Virus genome (UHGV): UHGV-0037280
DNA from: a virus
Direction: 5' to 3' (one strand)
DNA length: 64,000 bases
Made by a program: the position numbers and the translations under genes. Shown one piece after another: positions 42,852 to 53,600 of the stretch. The notes beneath the pieces were generated by a model. The model made no database searches. It saw nothing but the letters and a program-made list of their open reading frames with translations, and was not told where the DNA came from. Positions within the stretch are counted from its first letter, which is position 1; each line of letters starts with the position of its first letter.

Positions 42852-43163
42852 ATGCGGAAGGATTTCAAAATAGACGGAAAATATGTGGTGCTGTCTGTAA
42901 GCTCTCAAATTCAGTCACCATCTGTCATTGTCACCGTAAAGTTGAGCGATAGGATGCCTGATATCGACTCGATATCTGTTGCGTTCCCCGTTAAAAGCAT
43001 GCGGAGTGCTGAACATTTTGTGATGAATGCAACGGAGGAGGAAGCACGGCGCGGGCTTACTAGAGTGATGGCGGAATTTGGCGAACTCCTGGGTAAGGTA
43101 AACAATGCCCTTTCAATCAGTTCAGCAAGATCCAAAGCGTTAACAGCTTCCATGATGAAATAA
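42852..43163 (+). CDS. Hypothetical protein downstream of cre (103 aa)
   Basis: ORF track; ATG 42852. Confidence 0.5.
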   Translation: MRKDFKIDGKYVVLSVSSQIQSPSVIVTVKLSDRMPDIDSISVAFPVKSMRSAEHFVMNATEEEARRGLTRVMAEFGELLGKVNNALSISSARSKALTASMMK

Positions 43164-43188
43164 AAAAAAGCCTGGCAAGGAGCCAGGC
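43162..43188 (-). terminator. Intrinsic terminator for minus-strand transcripts
   Basis: aaaaaaaa gcctggc aagga gccaggc; U-run on minus strand. Confidence 0.5.
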
Positions 43189-43378
43189 TGCACAAAAGAG
43201 CGGGGTTGTATTCCGCATCCAATCAATCAAGAAGGAGTATAGCACACAGGTACTGAAGAGAAAAAATGTGATTCGCGATAGATAAAATAGCCACTATTGT
43301 TATAATTAATTGCCATAATTGAGTTATGGCTTTAGTCAACTACGAAGACATTGCCATTATAGACTCCGTGACATCATT

Positions 43379-43402
43379 GGCGGCCGAAAGGCCGCCTTTT
43401 TT
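43379..43402 (+). terminator. Intrinsic terminator (ggcggcc gaaa ggccgcc T6)
   Basis: 7-bp GC stem, GAAA loop, tttttt. Confidence 0.6.
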
Positions 43403-43404
43403 AA

Positions 43405-44463
43405 TCATTCAGCCGCCACCGGTTTTAACAAGCCAGCATCGAGCAGTTTACGCGTCAACCACTGTTGGCCTTTCCCCGTTAATTGAGGCGTCAGCCGTAT
43501 CTGATAGCCATCTTCATCATCCAGCACCACTTCTTTCACTGTGAAATATCCGGCGTTTATGTACTGCTGAAACGGTACATTTTTACGTCCGCCGGACGCA
43601 ATCAGGATGCCGTTCTCCCGTAACCAGGCAAACAACGCGTTTTGCTTAAGCCCAACAACCTTTGCAAAATTTCCAATCAGGATCCCCTTGGCCCCTGATA
43701 CCCGGTCGGCAAAATCGACTTTAGGGGCGGCGGCCACCAGCTGCTGATTTAGCTGGTGGGCTTTCTGTTCCAGAAGTTGCTTTTGTTCAGCCAGCTCGGC
43801 AGCCAGGCGCAGAGCTTCGGGGAGTGTTTGGGGAATCACTGGAGAAGCAGTGCTAGCCTGCTGCAATTCCTCCAGTTTGTCGATCAGCGAACGGCGGACC
43901 GCTTTTGACTCGCGCGCGGCAACTCTCAGGGCTTGTTTGTAGGTCATGGAGATAGTTTCAGATGTTGTGTTGTTTAATTTTTGCACTACGAAAATTTCGT
44001 AGTACTCACCATCCAGTTCATCCTTAACTCTGGCAATAAAATCATTATTGCGAACTGGTTTTTCGCTACATAATTTCCGCGCTTCATTGACCATCTTTAA
44101 CAGCGTCTGGCTGTCGATTGTGTCTCCGGTGTTGGGGATAGCATCCATGGCCGTTGCTGGTGTGGTTGCTGTCAAAGGCTTTGTAACGACAACATCTGGT
44201 TTGCTTGCTTTCATTCTGTGTGCCTCCTTGCGTGTTTCGGCTGCGACGGTTGCGTAATTCAGATGCCCCTGTTCGAGCAGGTATTCGCGAATATCAGACA
44301 GCAGGATACGGTGAACCGCGTTCTTGTCCTTTCTCCGGTAAAGTTGTTTGGTGATCATGAAGTAGTTGGCAATAACACCCGGTATATCCCTGGTACTGAT
44401 ACAGGCAGTGTGCTGTTCAATTGCCTCAATCATCTCTTCACGGGTGACTAATGACGTTCTCAT
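43405..44463 (-). CDS. Antirepressor paralog with swapped central module
   Basis: 352 aa; N-terminal about 85 aa and C-terminal about 150 aa near-identical to 38620-39732 product, central region unrelated. Confidence 0.7.
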   Translation of the reverse strand: MRTSLVTREEMIEAIEQHTACISTRDIPGVIANYFMITKQLYRRKDKNAVHRILLSDIREYLLEQGHLNYATVAAETRKEAHRMKASKPDVVVTKPLTATTPATAMDAIPNTGDTIDSQTLLKMVNEARKLCSEKPVRNNDFIARVKDELDGEYYEIFVVQKLNNTTSETISMTYKQALRVAARESKAVRRSLIDKLEELQQASTASPVIPQTLPEALRLAAELAEQKQLLEQKAHQLNQQLVAAAPKVDFADRVSGAKGILIGNFAKVVGLKQNALFAWLRENGILIASGGRKNVPFQQYINAGYFTVKEVVLDDEDGYQIRLTPQLTGKGQQWLTRKLLDAGLLKPVAAE

Positions 44464-44681
44464 AGTCCCTCCTGAGCAGAAGCGTTAACAGGGAGGCACC
44501 AGTAACTGAGAGAATTGCGCGAATCGGTAGAAAAACGGGCGGAGAAAATGCAGGGAGCATCCGGAAGCTGAGAACGTGCCTCATCTTCTGTTGGTGCGAT
44601 AACGAAGTGATAGTGACGTTTTTGACAAGAATAGAAGCGCCAGATGAATTCAGGGCGTGCGCAAGGATTGGCATTAACCAT
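44460..44681 (-). CDS. Icd-like small protein, second copy with divergent N-terminus
   Basis: 73 aa; identical to copy 1 from PEFIWRFYSC onward. Confidence 0.55.
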   Translation of the reverse strand: MVNANPCARPEFIWRFYSCQKRHYHFVIAPTEDEARSQLPDAPCIFSARFSTDSRNSLSYWCLPVNASAQEGL

Positions 44682-44719
44682 AGTTACGGCCTCACTAACA
44701 GGTTTAACAACCTGCTACC

Positions 44720-44790
44720 CGCTGCTAAACAGGTGGCAGGACGTGACGGGGTTAGCAGACTGGCGTTAGTGAAACCAGCAGGCCGAAGCC
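44720..44790 (-). ncRNA. Candidate c4-like antisense RNA of module 2
   Basis: Minus-strand segment tcactaac (plus-strand gttagtga 44765-44772) is perfectly complementary to the SD-containing leader (plus-strand 44692-44699) of the second icd copy; boundaries approximate. Confidence 0.3.
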
Positions 44791-44998
44791 TCCCCATCAC
44801 GCCCCACCATAATTTGGGCGTAACGCGGTTTTACGGACACAAAAATACCGCAATATCGGATATCTGCGGTTGTCCACACTAACATTCAGGCTGCTAAACC
44901 CGGTCGCAGAATTTGCTACGACGTAGGAACTATAAGCCTGAACAACAGGAAGATCAATAGTCTGGCGTCCAATAGTAGTTTATTTGTTTCAATAAATC

Positions 44999-45015
44999 AA
45001 ATTTATTAGAGCAAC
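44999..45015 (-). promoter_or_regulatory. C1 operator (reverse complement GTTGCTCTAATAAATTT)
   Basis: 16/17 match. Confidence 0.6.
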
Positions 45016-45076
45016 AACAATCTAGTTGAATGTTTCCTCTCTGAGGTTGCAATGTGCACACTTAGTGCCTTATTTG

Positions 45077-45093
45077 TATGCACTAATAAATAT
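45077..45093 (+). promoter_or_regulatory. Weaker C1 operator-like site (TGCACTAATAAAT core)
   Basis: 12/13 core match about 60 bp from previous operator. Confidence 0.35.
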
Positions 45094-45275
45094 ATTATTT
45101 TTAATAATAAATAATTGACAACTGACAAGTGACTTCAGTCAGAATCATCACACGCCCGGTACGGATGGATCCCTTTTCAAATATTCCATGGACGGCACAG
45201 TCTGAGTACCGGGCGCTACCTTCTGTTGTATTGCTAAGCCGCCGCTGGTGGCTTTTCTTTTTTGTAGGGGGCGCT

Positions 45276-45917
45276 ATGGATAAGAAAATATGCGTTGTTT
45301 CGATGAGCGTCGGCAAACCGGCGTCAATGACTGCTGCATGGATCAACAACGAGCTGATAATGGCTGAGCGTACCAGCTACCCTGAACGCCGCCGCGACAT
45401 GGAACTCCAGCTGCTGCGCGAATTGCGAGAAAAAGAGGAAAAGGGTTTTATCGTGCTGGTGGAAGAGGAAAACAGCTTTATTACTGGTCGAGTTGGCCAG
45501 CGTGTAAGGTTGCGCGATCCCTTCATGAACGGCAGGCCGGTACTGATTGAAGCAATGCAGATTTACAAGGAGCTGGAACGCCAGAAAGCGATCAAGTTAC
45601 CGCGCAAAGAATCCGGCAAATACATCCTCCACCAAAGCATCTTCGATTCCGAACATGACAAAAAAGGCGATGAATTTTTCAACATCAACTGGAGCGAAAT
45701 AACGACAGAGCACGTTCTGACGTTGTTATGCTGCTTCGCAACGGAATACAACAACGTTGCAAGCTCCGACTACATCAGGGCAATGGCTGGAGAAATTGAT
45801 ACCCGCCAAGAACCTTCGTTACTAAGCTCCCTTGTGAATATAATTCAAGCTACTCATGAAATGACCGCACGGAAAGTGCCTCAAGGTTCATTAACCGGCA
45901 GAGATAATTATCTTTAA
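45276..45917 (+). CDS. Hypothetical protein downstream of operator pair (213 aa)
   Basis: ATG 45276 (in frame with ORF-track start 45129); no HNH or other recognisable motif; convergent with PIN-like gene. Confidence 0.5.
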   Translation: MDKKICVVSMSVGKPASMTAAWINNELIMAERTSYPERRRDMELQLLRELREKEEKGFIVLVEEENSFITGRVGQRVRLRDPFMNGRPVLIEAMQIYKELERQKAIKLPRKESGKYILHQSIFDSEHDKKGDEFFNINWSEITTEHVLTLLCCFATEYNNVASSDYIRAMAGEIDTRQEPSLLSSLVNIIQATHEMTARKVPQGSLTGRDNYL

Positions 45918-45959
45918 ACTTCTTGGGCGCTAACTATGCGCCCACGCCCATTACATTAA

Positions 45960-46910
45960 TTAATCAATAAATACACGGAATGGCTCAAGCATCCCTTCAG
46001 GATCTTTATCCTCGTCACCAAGTGATATTAGTCTTCTGGCGAGTAGTTTTACATCATCATCATCTTTAATGAAGCCAACCTGATCATTATTAAAATAGAT
46101 ATCGATTATTTTTAGGATTTGCTCTTGTGTAAAATGATTGAATTTTAATAACTTTGCTACAACTCGATGTGTTGTGGCAAAACTGCCTGAGCGGCGTAAT
46201 TCATCTATAGTGAAATTAACTTCCATTTCCGCTAAGTTACTGGCTTGAGGAAAGTGCTCGCCTATAAACTCTGATAAGCGGGCATAGATATGTGGTTCTG
46301 AATCTTTCTTCTTTTTCCACTCGTACTTCAAATACTCATTCATATCATCCTTTATAAAGGCACTTTTATAATCACCATCTTCAGTTATAATGTATATATC
46401 CTCTCCGTTTGGTATCGCTTTTAGCAAACACTCCCAATTGACTGCATCACCATATGATTTATTTTTACCCGGAGGGTTGCCAAGATCGAATCGGCGTTTC
46501 CCCTTTTCTATTGTTTCATCATCAGCCTCTATCTTAGACGCTGCATCAAAAATCCTTTTAATTACAACATCGGCAGCTAAAGACTCTTCTTTAAATAAGT
46601 TCTGTATATCGGTAATAATTTCATTCTTTAGCCGACTAGCTTCTATAACCTTATCATTAAATAGTGAATGTTTTTCATGCTGTCTGAAAATCTGTGGTAG
46701 CGCGGGCTTGTAGTCTTTTGCAATTTCCTTTATGGTTTCAGAGAGAACTTTAGAACGATTTCTCCAGAACTCATTCACTAAAAGTTCTGGCAACCAAAGT
46801 TTTAAACGACCATATTGATGTAAGGCAAATACTTTATCTAGCTCATCTAGTTTATCCTTACCCATTCGATAAAATTCTAAATATAGATTTGTATCAATAA
46901 AAACATTCAT
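45960..46910 (-). CDS. PIN-like nuclease-domain protein (316 aa), AT-rich
   Basis: N-terminus MNVFIDTNLYLEFY with Asp at position 6, later acidic cluster ITEDGDY, consistent with a PIN-like fold; AGGATG SD; strongly AT-rich versus flanks. Confidence 0.65.
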   Translation of the reverse strand: MNVFIDTNLYLEFYRMGKDKLDELDKVFALHQYGRLKLWLPELLVNEFWRNRSKVLSETIKEIAKDYKPALPQIFRQHEKHSLFNDKVIEASRLKNEIITDIQNLFKEESLAADVVIKRIFDAASKIEADDETIEKGKRRFDLGNPPGKNKSYGDAVNWECLLKAIPNGEDIYIITEDGDYKSAFIKDDMNEYLKYEWKKKKDSEPHIYARLSEFIGEHFPQASNLAEMEVNFTIDELRRSGSFATTHRVVAKLLKFNHFTQEQILKIIDIYFNNDQVGFIKDDDDVKLLARRLISLGDEDKDPEGMLEPFRVFID

Positions 46911-46934
46911 ATCACATCCTAATTATAAGTAATT

Positions 46935-46963
46935 TAGGCCACTCTAAAAAATAAAGTGGCCTA
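46935..46963. other. 9-bp-stem hairpin between lxc stop and PIN-like gene start
   Basis: taggccact ctaaaaaataa agtggccta; no flanking U-run. Confidence 0.4.
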
Positions 46964-46971
46964 ATAAGAAA

Positions 46972-47220
46972 TCAATCAGCATTCAGAAGCAATGCGTTAT
47001 CTATGATGATCTGCTCCCATTCTTCGAATGCCCGATCGCGGACGCCCTGGGGAACGCTGTTAGTTTTGAAATCGACGACCGTACGCCATTTCCCGTCCGG
47101 ACGGTACATGCGCAGAGCTTTACTTCCCCCTTCCCTGCGCACCTCAACGTTATGCTTGTCAGCAAACTCTTGTAATGCTCGTAGCGTCCCATGCTTTACT
47201 GTGTAGTATCGCTTTTTCAA
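46972..47220 (-). CDS. lxc: Lxc/Bof-like C1 co-repressor modulator (82 aa)
   Basis: 82 aa basic protein downstream of ulx-darB on same strand. Confidence 0.65.
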   Translation of the reverse strand: MKKRYYTVKHGTLRALQEFADKHNVEVRREGGSKALRMYRPDGKWRTVVDFKTNSVPQGVRDRAFEEWEQIIIDNALLLNAD

Positions 47221-47657
47221 GTTTTCTCTCCAGCCTGTGCTAAGGCTTCAACTTCCAAATCGTAAGACTCAAACTCATAGTCCTGGTCGTCAACCTCTTC
47301 AGGCACTGGCAGTAAATGCCAGGCTGAGTATATCTGACCATTATCAAAACGCTCCTGGCTGTAGAGCGTCGCAGCTATGAGCGTCAGCGCCGGGCGGTCA
47401 TAACGGTAAATTTTGCGAACGTCACGGTCAACGAGACGACCGAAATTACCATAACCGCGCTCCAGTAATAATTTTTTAATTTCCGGCCAGTATGGACCAT
47501 AGCTGCGGTACAGGCGGGGATTTTTCAGTAATCGCCCGCGTAGCCCTGACAGGAAGAAATCAACGTATTCGTCTTCTGTCTTTCCTAACAACGCTGTACG
47601 GAGTACCGCCTCAAGATATGTTTTATTCGGTTTTATTGTATCAGATAGTGTGGCCAT
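47217..47657 (-). CDS. ulx: Ulx-like protein (146 aa)
   Basis: Immediately downstream of darB, ATGA-coupled to lxc. Confidence 0.55.
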   Translation of the reverse strand: MATLSDTIKPNKTYLEAVLRTALLGKTEDEYVDFFLSGLRGRLLKNPRLYRSYGPYWPEIKKLLLERGYGNFGRLVDRDVRKIYRYDRPALTLIAATLYSQERFDNGQIYSAWHLLPVPEEVDDQDYEFESYDLEVEALAQAGEKT

Positions 47658-47690
47658 ATTATGCGACGCCCGGCGAACCGGGCGCTCCTG

Positions 47691-50600
47691 TTATGCGTAT
47701 TGTTGGATGACGGCCAGAACGTCCGCCACGTTGTGTTTTGTCTCGATAATCCACCAGTTACCCGGGAAATCGCTGTTCTTCGCCTTCGCTGGCAGCCAGC
47801 GAGCGCCGAATTTCGCCTTGATTGCGTCTTTCGCACGGAAAAGAACGCCTTTCATGCCTGAGGCTTCCTGAAGCCCAAATACCTCGCCAGCGGCGAATTT
47901 TGGTGCGTACATCATCTTCAGGTCGGCGGTGGATACGCGATAATTCAGACCAAGAGACTGAGCTATGCTGGTGGCATCACCCTGTATTGATGATAACTCT
48001 TCTTGTTTCTCGTTTCTGGCGGCAATCTCTTCCTCCGTGATGTTGCCAAGGGCTAGGTTTATCCGATCAGCGTCGGCCTGTTTCTCTTCATCGGTGCGCC
48101 CGGCAAGAACCGTGTTAATTCTCTGCAATATCTCCACATGATTCTTGCGCATGCTGAGCAATTCCGGCGTAACCTCGTTAAGATCCACCAGCCCAAGGAT
48201 GGCAAGGTCGGAAAACATTGATACCAGGTTGTAGGTCATGCGATAGCTGAGTTGACCATAGGCTGATGGCAACTTCACCGCATCCATTTGATAGGCATCC
48301 ATAAATTTAGAGCCGTCGTTTACGACATCCGCTATTGCAGGTGTGATTTTCCCTGTGGTGGCGGCCTCCCTGATTGCTGTTACCCACGATTGAGTCAGCG
48401 CGGCGACTGCATGATTCAGATTGGCTTCCCGTTCTGCTGCGATGCGCGCGCTTGCTGCGTCCATTGCCTGCTTGATCTCGGCTTTATTGCTGTAAATGCC
48501 AATGGTGCCAAACTGTGCTGTGGTGATCTCATAATCTGACGCCCGGAACTCATTGGTACCGAAAATGGCATTGGTGACTTCAAGTTCAGAATCCCCGTTA
48601 CGAGTAGCCCCCTGGCTTGTTTTTTCCGGCATTCTGGCGATCGCATCCGCTATTTTCTCCTGAATTGCTTCAGGGGATAGCGTATCTCCGTATGACGCGA
48701 TTACATCGCCATAATTGGAGCCAAACAGTTCAACCAGGAATGTTTCTGCCGAACGGATCTGGCGGTTATTCCCTTCCGACATCATACCAAGCACCCATTT
48801 TGCAATTGACGACTTCAGCGCGCCGTCACGGCGATCCGGGTAAACCGCATGCTTCAGTGGGTCCGTATAGGTACCAACAAAATCGATGCTATAGCCTGAC
48901 TCTGTAGTCTGAACGCCGTATGAGTCAGTGATTTTGATCATGCCGCGCTGCTGGAAACGGTAGAAATCGTCACAGGAAATGATGTCGTTAATCCCGGCGA
49001 TGGAGACGCCACCACTGATTTTCTGCATAACAGCATCTTCATCGGGAGTTACATCAACCTGTTTATCCAGCGTCTTCACATCCCAGTTACCCGATTTGGT
49101 GCCTTTGAAGGTAAAGATGATCTCCACGTCTGCGCGCTGGCTGTCGAAGTCCAGCGACTTAATGCGAACGATATCACCGGCACAATCATAGTATTGGCCT
49201 ACACGCCATGAGCGATCGCCGATAACAAGGAACTCATTCGCATGGTTAACCAGATCAGGATCAACATCCAGAATGCCTTTATTTATTGCATCCTCCACCA
49301 GCGGGCGCAGGCGTTTGATATCCGTCGCGGCCTTCTGAGTACGGTTCAATAATTTCTCATAGCGGGAGATGGCCTGAGAGATATTAGCCTTGCGCTGAAT
49401 GGCGCTTTTCAACGACGCGCGATACTGTGCTAACAACGTACGGTCTGTGTGATGGACGCTACCCCAGCGGGCTTTCCAGTCTGCGTTATCAGCTGCTTTG
49501 GCCATTACCGCCTGTTTGAATTTAGCTACCTCGGCGGTGGTCTTTTCAAGTTCCGCTTTGCTTCGCTCTAATTCAGCGGTAAGCACCTCCACATCCTCAC
49601 CAGCTGCGTGCTGCGCCTTGATGTAGTTCTGAAGGTCGATAGTAGCCTGTTCTTTCTGGCGAGCGCGTTGCGCGGCTTTCGCCTTATCCATTTGAACCTG
49701 CATCATTGCCAGACGTTCGCCATCATCCTTAGCGGTATACATCTGCATTTCGATCATATCGTTGGCGTCGGCGTTCTCCATTTCTGACTTATCTGAACGG
49801 AGGATATCGGAGATCCAGCCTGCTTTACGCTTCAGCGTCTTCAGTCGGTATTCATCGAAAGAACCCTTGCCGCAGTAGTAGTGAACGCGAACGCTTGCAC
49901 GGTTGGAGCCAACTCGGGCACCGCGACCGTTTCGTTGCGCAATACTGGCTGGAGTCCATGGCAACGTCAGATGATGGATGTCAGTCGTTCCTCGATGCAG
50001 GTTGATACCCACCTCTGCCTTTTTGTTGCAGATGATGATCGGAGTCCGGCCCTCCTGGAAGTCGGCTGCAATCTTTTCCAGACCGCCCAACGACATTTCA
50101 TTTTGCTGCGCGATATAGGCGTCATACAGAGCCATTTGCTCGTTGTATTTCGCTATCTGTGCATCTGTTGGTTCATCCGGTAACTCTTTCGGCGGTTTAA
50201 CCGCTTTCAGTTTCTTACCGGTTTTACCTGCCTCGGCAACCGTCTGAGCATTCAGTATCCCCACCTTTGAAGGTTCAAGGTTAAGAGCATTGCAGATAAT
50301 GCGCTTGAGCTTCTGGTGCTGCGTTTTTTCATCGGTGAAGATGATTTGCTTACCTTCCGGGAAAAACTCCTTCAGCGTGGCAATCAGCTTCGCGTATTTG
50401 GGCGTAACGGGGTGAGTTACGGTCTGTTCGTCAATGCCAAACCTGGCCAGGCGCTTATTCACTTCCTGCTCGAACGCTTCCGGAACCTGCAACTGAATAA
50501 ACTCGCCCTTATCTATCAGGGAGTATTGCGATTGCTGCGTGATTAAATCATCACTGTCGTCGTCTTCGCTGGTGGCTTGTTTAGGCAAACTGTCCGTCAG

Positions 50601-53600
50601 CTGCTGCACCGCATCGGCGTACTCCGGCAGGAAACGATAGGTGATCCGGCGATAGTACAGGTCCATGTCAGTACATACGCGGTCCATATCCCTGATTATT
50701 GAGAAGATCGGACGGGCTTTCTCGTGCTCAATCACGCCGTCTTCATTGACCGAGGTCGTTACACCATTGTTGGCTTTGGCCGCCGCTTCCGCCTGCTGAC
50801 GCAATTCTTCATACGCCGCCAGTTGTTCTTCAGTAAGTGGTGCATCCTGCTGGTGTTCGTCCAGTTCCGGGATCTCCACGGTATCCTTAACGTCTTCCGC
50901 CGTTTTAAGCGTTGTCCAGCGATGGAATATGCCGCGCAGCGCATCAAGGTTTTCAAAACCCACCAGCGCCATTTTTTCTTCAACTTCGCCGCTGATTTTC
51001 TGTACCGTTTCCAGCCTGGTCTTGCCGAAGAATTTTACGAAGTCATCAGGACTGTAGATCCCCATCTTCTGCCAGTATTCCTTCGGCAGAACATGAGAAA
51101 GCATGTTGTATGCATCGATCGGGGTGTTAACGACTGGTGTTGCAGTCAGGAGAACCGGTCCGCGCCCGCCATTCTTTTTCATCAAGTACGCGTTTTTGAT
51201 TGCCATATCTCGCGCCGATTGCGCCACCGCGCTGGTGGGCAGATAGGCCAGCTGTGACGCTTCGCGACCATTTTTATAGCTATTGCGGTAGTTGTGGCCT
51301 TCGTCAGCAATCACGCTGTCGAAGCCCATATCCTCAAAGTACGGATACTTCTCTGCTTTTTCGGTACCGGTATCTGAATACTCCGACAATACCCGGCGAC
51401 GCGCCGCCTCTTTGCGGTGGGAGTCGGAATCCATTGCGCTGGCTACGCGCCCGGCGGCAACGAAGTCATAAAGCATGTCTTGTGCATGCTCATCTACGGT
51501 GTCATCACGTAGCGGAATGCGGGCGTATTGTTCTTTGGTAAACACGACTGCACGGTAGTTTGAGTGCGGGATCGCGTTCATCCGCGCCGTGATAGTGGCT
51601 TCATCTGCCAGCTTAAGAGCATCGCGCATAACTGGAGTGCCATCAGTACCAAGAACAGGTTTACCGTTCTCATTGAGCACCGGCACCTGGCGAATCTGAT
51701 CGCCATCCATCAGCACATCAAGACCGACGAACAAGTAGTTACTGAATGCCTCTTCACTCAGGAATTCTTTTGCTTCGTAATACCAATTTTCCAGCACTGA
51801 TTTAGGCACTACATACGCAGTACGGGTAGAGCGACCGTTCTCATAGTTGAACGCCTCAAGCGCCAGCGCGGTCGTGGTTTTACCCAGACCGGTGCCGAAG
51901 CCCAGGATGCCGCGCCCATCTTCGGACAGTCGGCGCACCTCGCTATTCTGGTAATCAAATGGCTGGCGCTTACCGCTTAATCCCTTCAACCCAAGCGGAT
52001 CGCCAGAGTGTTCATACGGGATATTGCTATTGAACACATCGTTGTATTTGGCAACCAGCTCATCGTAGCGATCGTGCGTCTTGATCCACTTATTGAACTG
52101 GTCCTCAAGCAGTGCCATCTGCTCGCGGTAGCCGTTCGCCGTCGCGCTATCTTTGCCACCGATACGCGCACCATTGAGATACTTTTCCAGCTGTGCCGGG
52201 AACCCGGTCGCGTTTTCACCCGATTTACGGTCCCACTCGTAGCGGATCTCGCCTGTTTCTTTATCCTTGCGCTGGACGACACCGTATCGGTGCCCGACGA
52301 ACAGACCATCACCACCGTGATAGGTGTCAGAAACCATTTCGTCGCCTTCCAGCTGCACTGACTGCACATAGCGCAGATCCGGATAGCCGTTTTCCTGCAA
52401 AAATTCCAGAATGACGGAGCGGTCGAACCAACGGCTATTGAGCTTAAAGCGGATATTCTCTGCTGGCGTCTTGATGCGCTTCTCTTCGATCGCTGCCAGC
52501 TGATTAAGGACGTTGTTCTTTACTGGACCGTCGGGGAGTGTGGCAAGAAATTCCTGTTTTGGAGCCACTATCTCGTTAATGTCGCCGCTGGTGGCGCGGG
52601 CGAACGGAACAATCCCGCCATACGGTGAAACCGCAATACCAGGGGTGCTGGCCAATAAATTAAGCAACTCTTCATCACTGGCTGGCAGTTCGCCGGTAAA
52701 CGCAAGGCGGAAATCATCGAGCTGGATTGGATCGCGGGTAAGATCGCTATAGAGATAACGCAGGGTGTCCTGATAGCTGGTGGAGTCATAACTGGCGCTG
52801 GAATCATGCGTAACCAGCTTTCCTGTCAGCTCGTCAGAAATAGTGCCATCCAGCTTAATCGCACCACGGAAAGCAAACCAGGCGCGCGCACCGCTCCCCG
52901 ACAATTTCGCTATCGGACCGCGACCGGGGTTACCAAAACGGTCAATCTCTGCCTGCAAACGGGATACCAGAGAAAGGCGCTGCTGTTCGATTTGTTCAGC
53001 ACTATGCCCGGCGGCCTTCATGTCCTGATATTCAATTAACATCCGGCCAATCATCGCCCCGCGATACAAGCGTTCACGGTATTTTTCAGGCTGGCTGTTA
53101 ATCCAGTCCACCAGCTGCACCATATCGTCGCTGATTGATGTGGTGTACTTATCGCGGACATTTGCCATCTGGGTAAATGTCATGCCGAGACGGCCTTCTG
53201 TTGTAGTCAGGTTACGCTGAAGAGCCTCCCAGCTATCCGCGCCATAACTGGCAGCATCGATCTTAAGTTCCTTCCCGGCATCAGCTTCAATCCAGCGACC
53301 ACCAGCATATTTTTGCCATACGCCATTAATCAGGCGCATTTCCCCTTCACCAACAACGTCTGCGGTCGGTGACGGTTCAGCCATATCGAGCAAAGACCAG
53401 TCGATACGGCTTTCGAAACGATGAATCAGCTTCGCTTTAAGAGCCTGGTTATCAATCTGACCGTCGGCACGAACCTCAATACGCCCCTGGAAGCCCTTTT
53501 CCTGGGTGCCATGAACAAACCGGCGGCCGTCCTTTTCAAACCACTTGCCAGAAATAAACGTTGGCCAAAGCACATTTGCCGATTCGAGAGTGCTTTCATC

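Noticed and set aside
43326-43544. 72-aa plus-strand ORF overlapping the end of the second antirepressor gene
   Set aside because: Contains an intrinsic terminator hairpin within its frame and overlaps a well-supported gene on the other strand.
45129-45917. Assignment of the ORF after the operator pair as Ref (HNH endonuclease)
   Set aside because: No HNH or zinc-binding motif and no basic N-terminal region; left as hypothetical with start at 45276.
44682-46971. Type III restriction-modification genes expected here from P1 synteny
   Set aside because: No ORF in the interval has methyltransferase (DPPY/NPPY-type) or large helicase-nuclease features.
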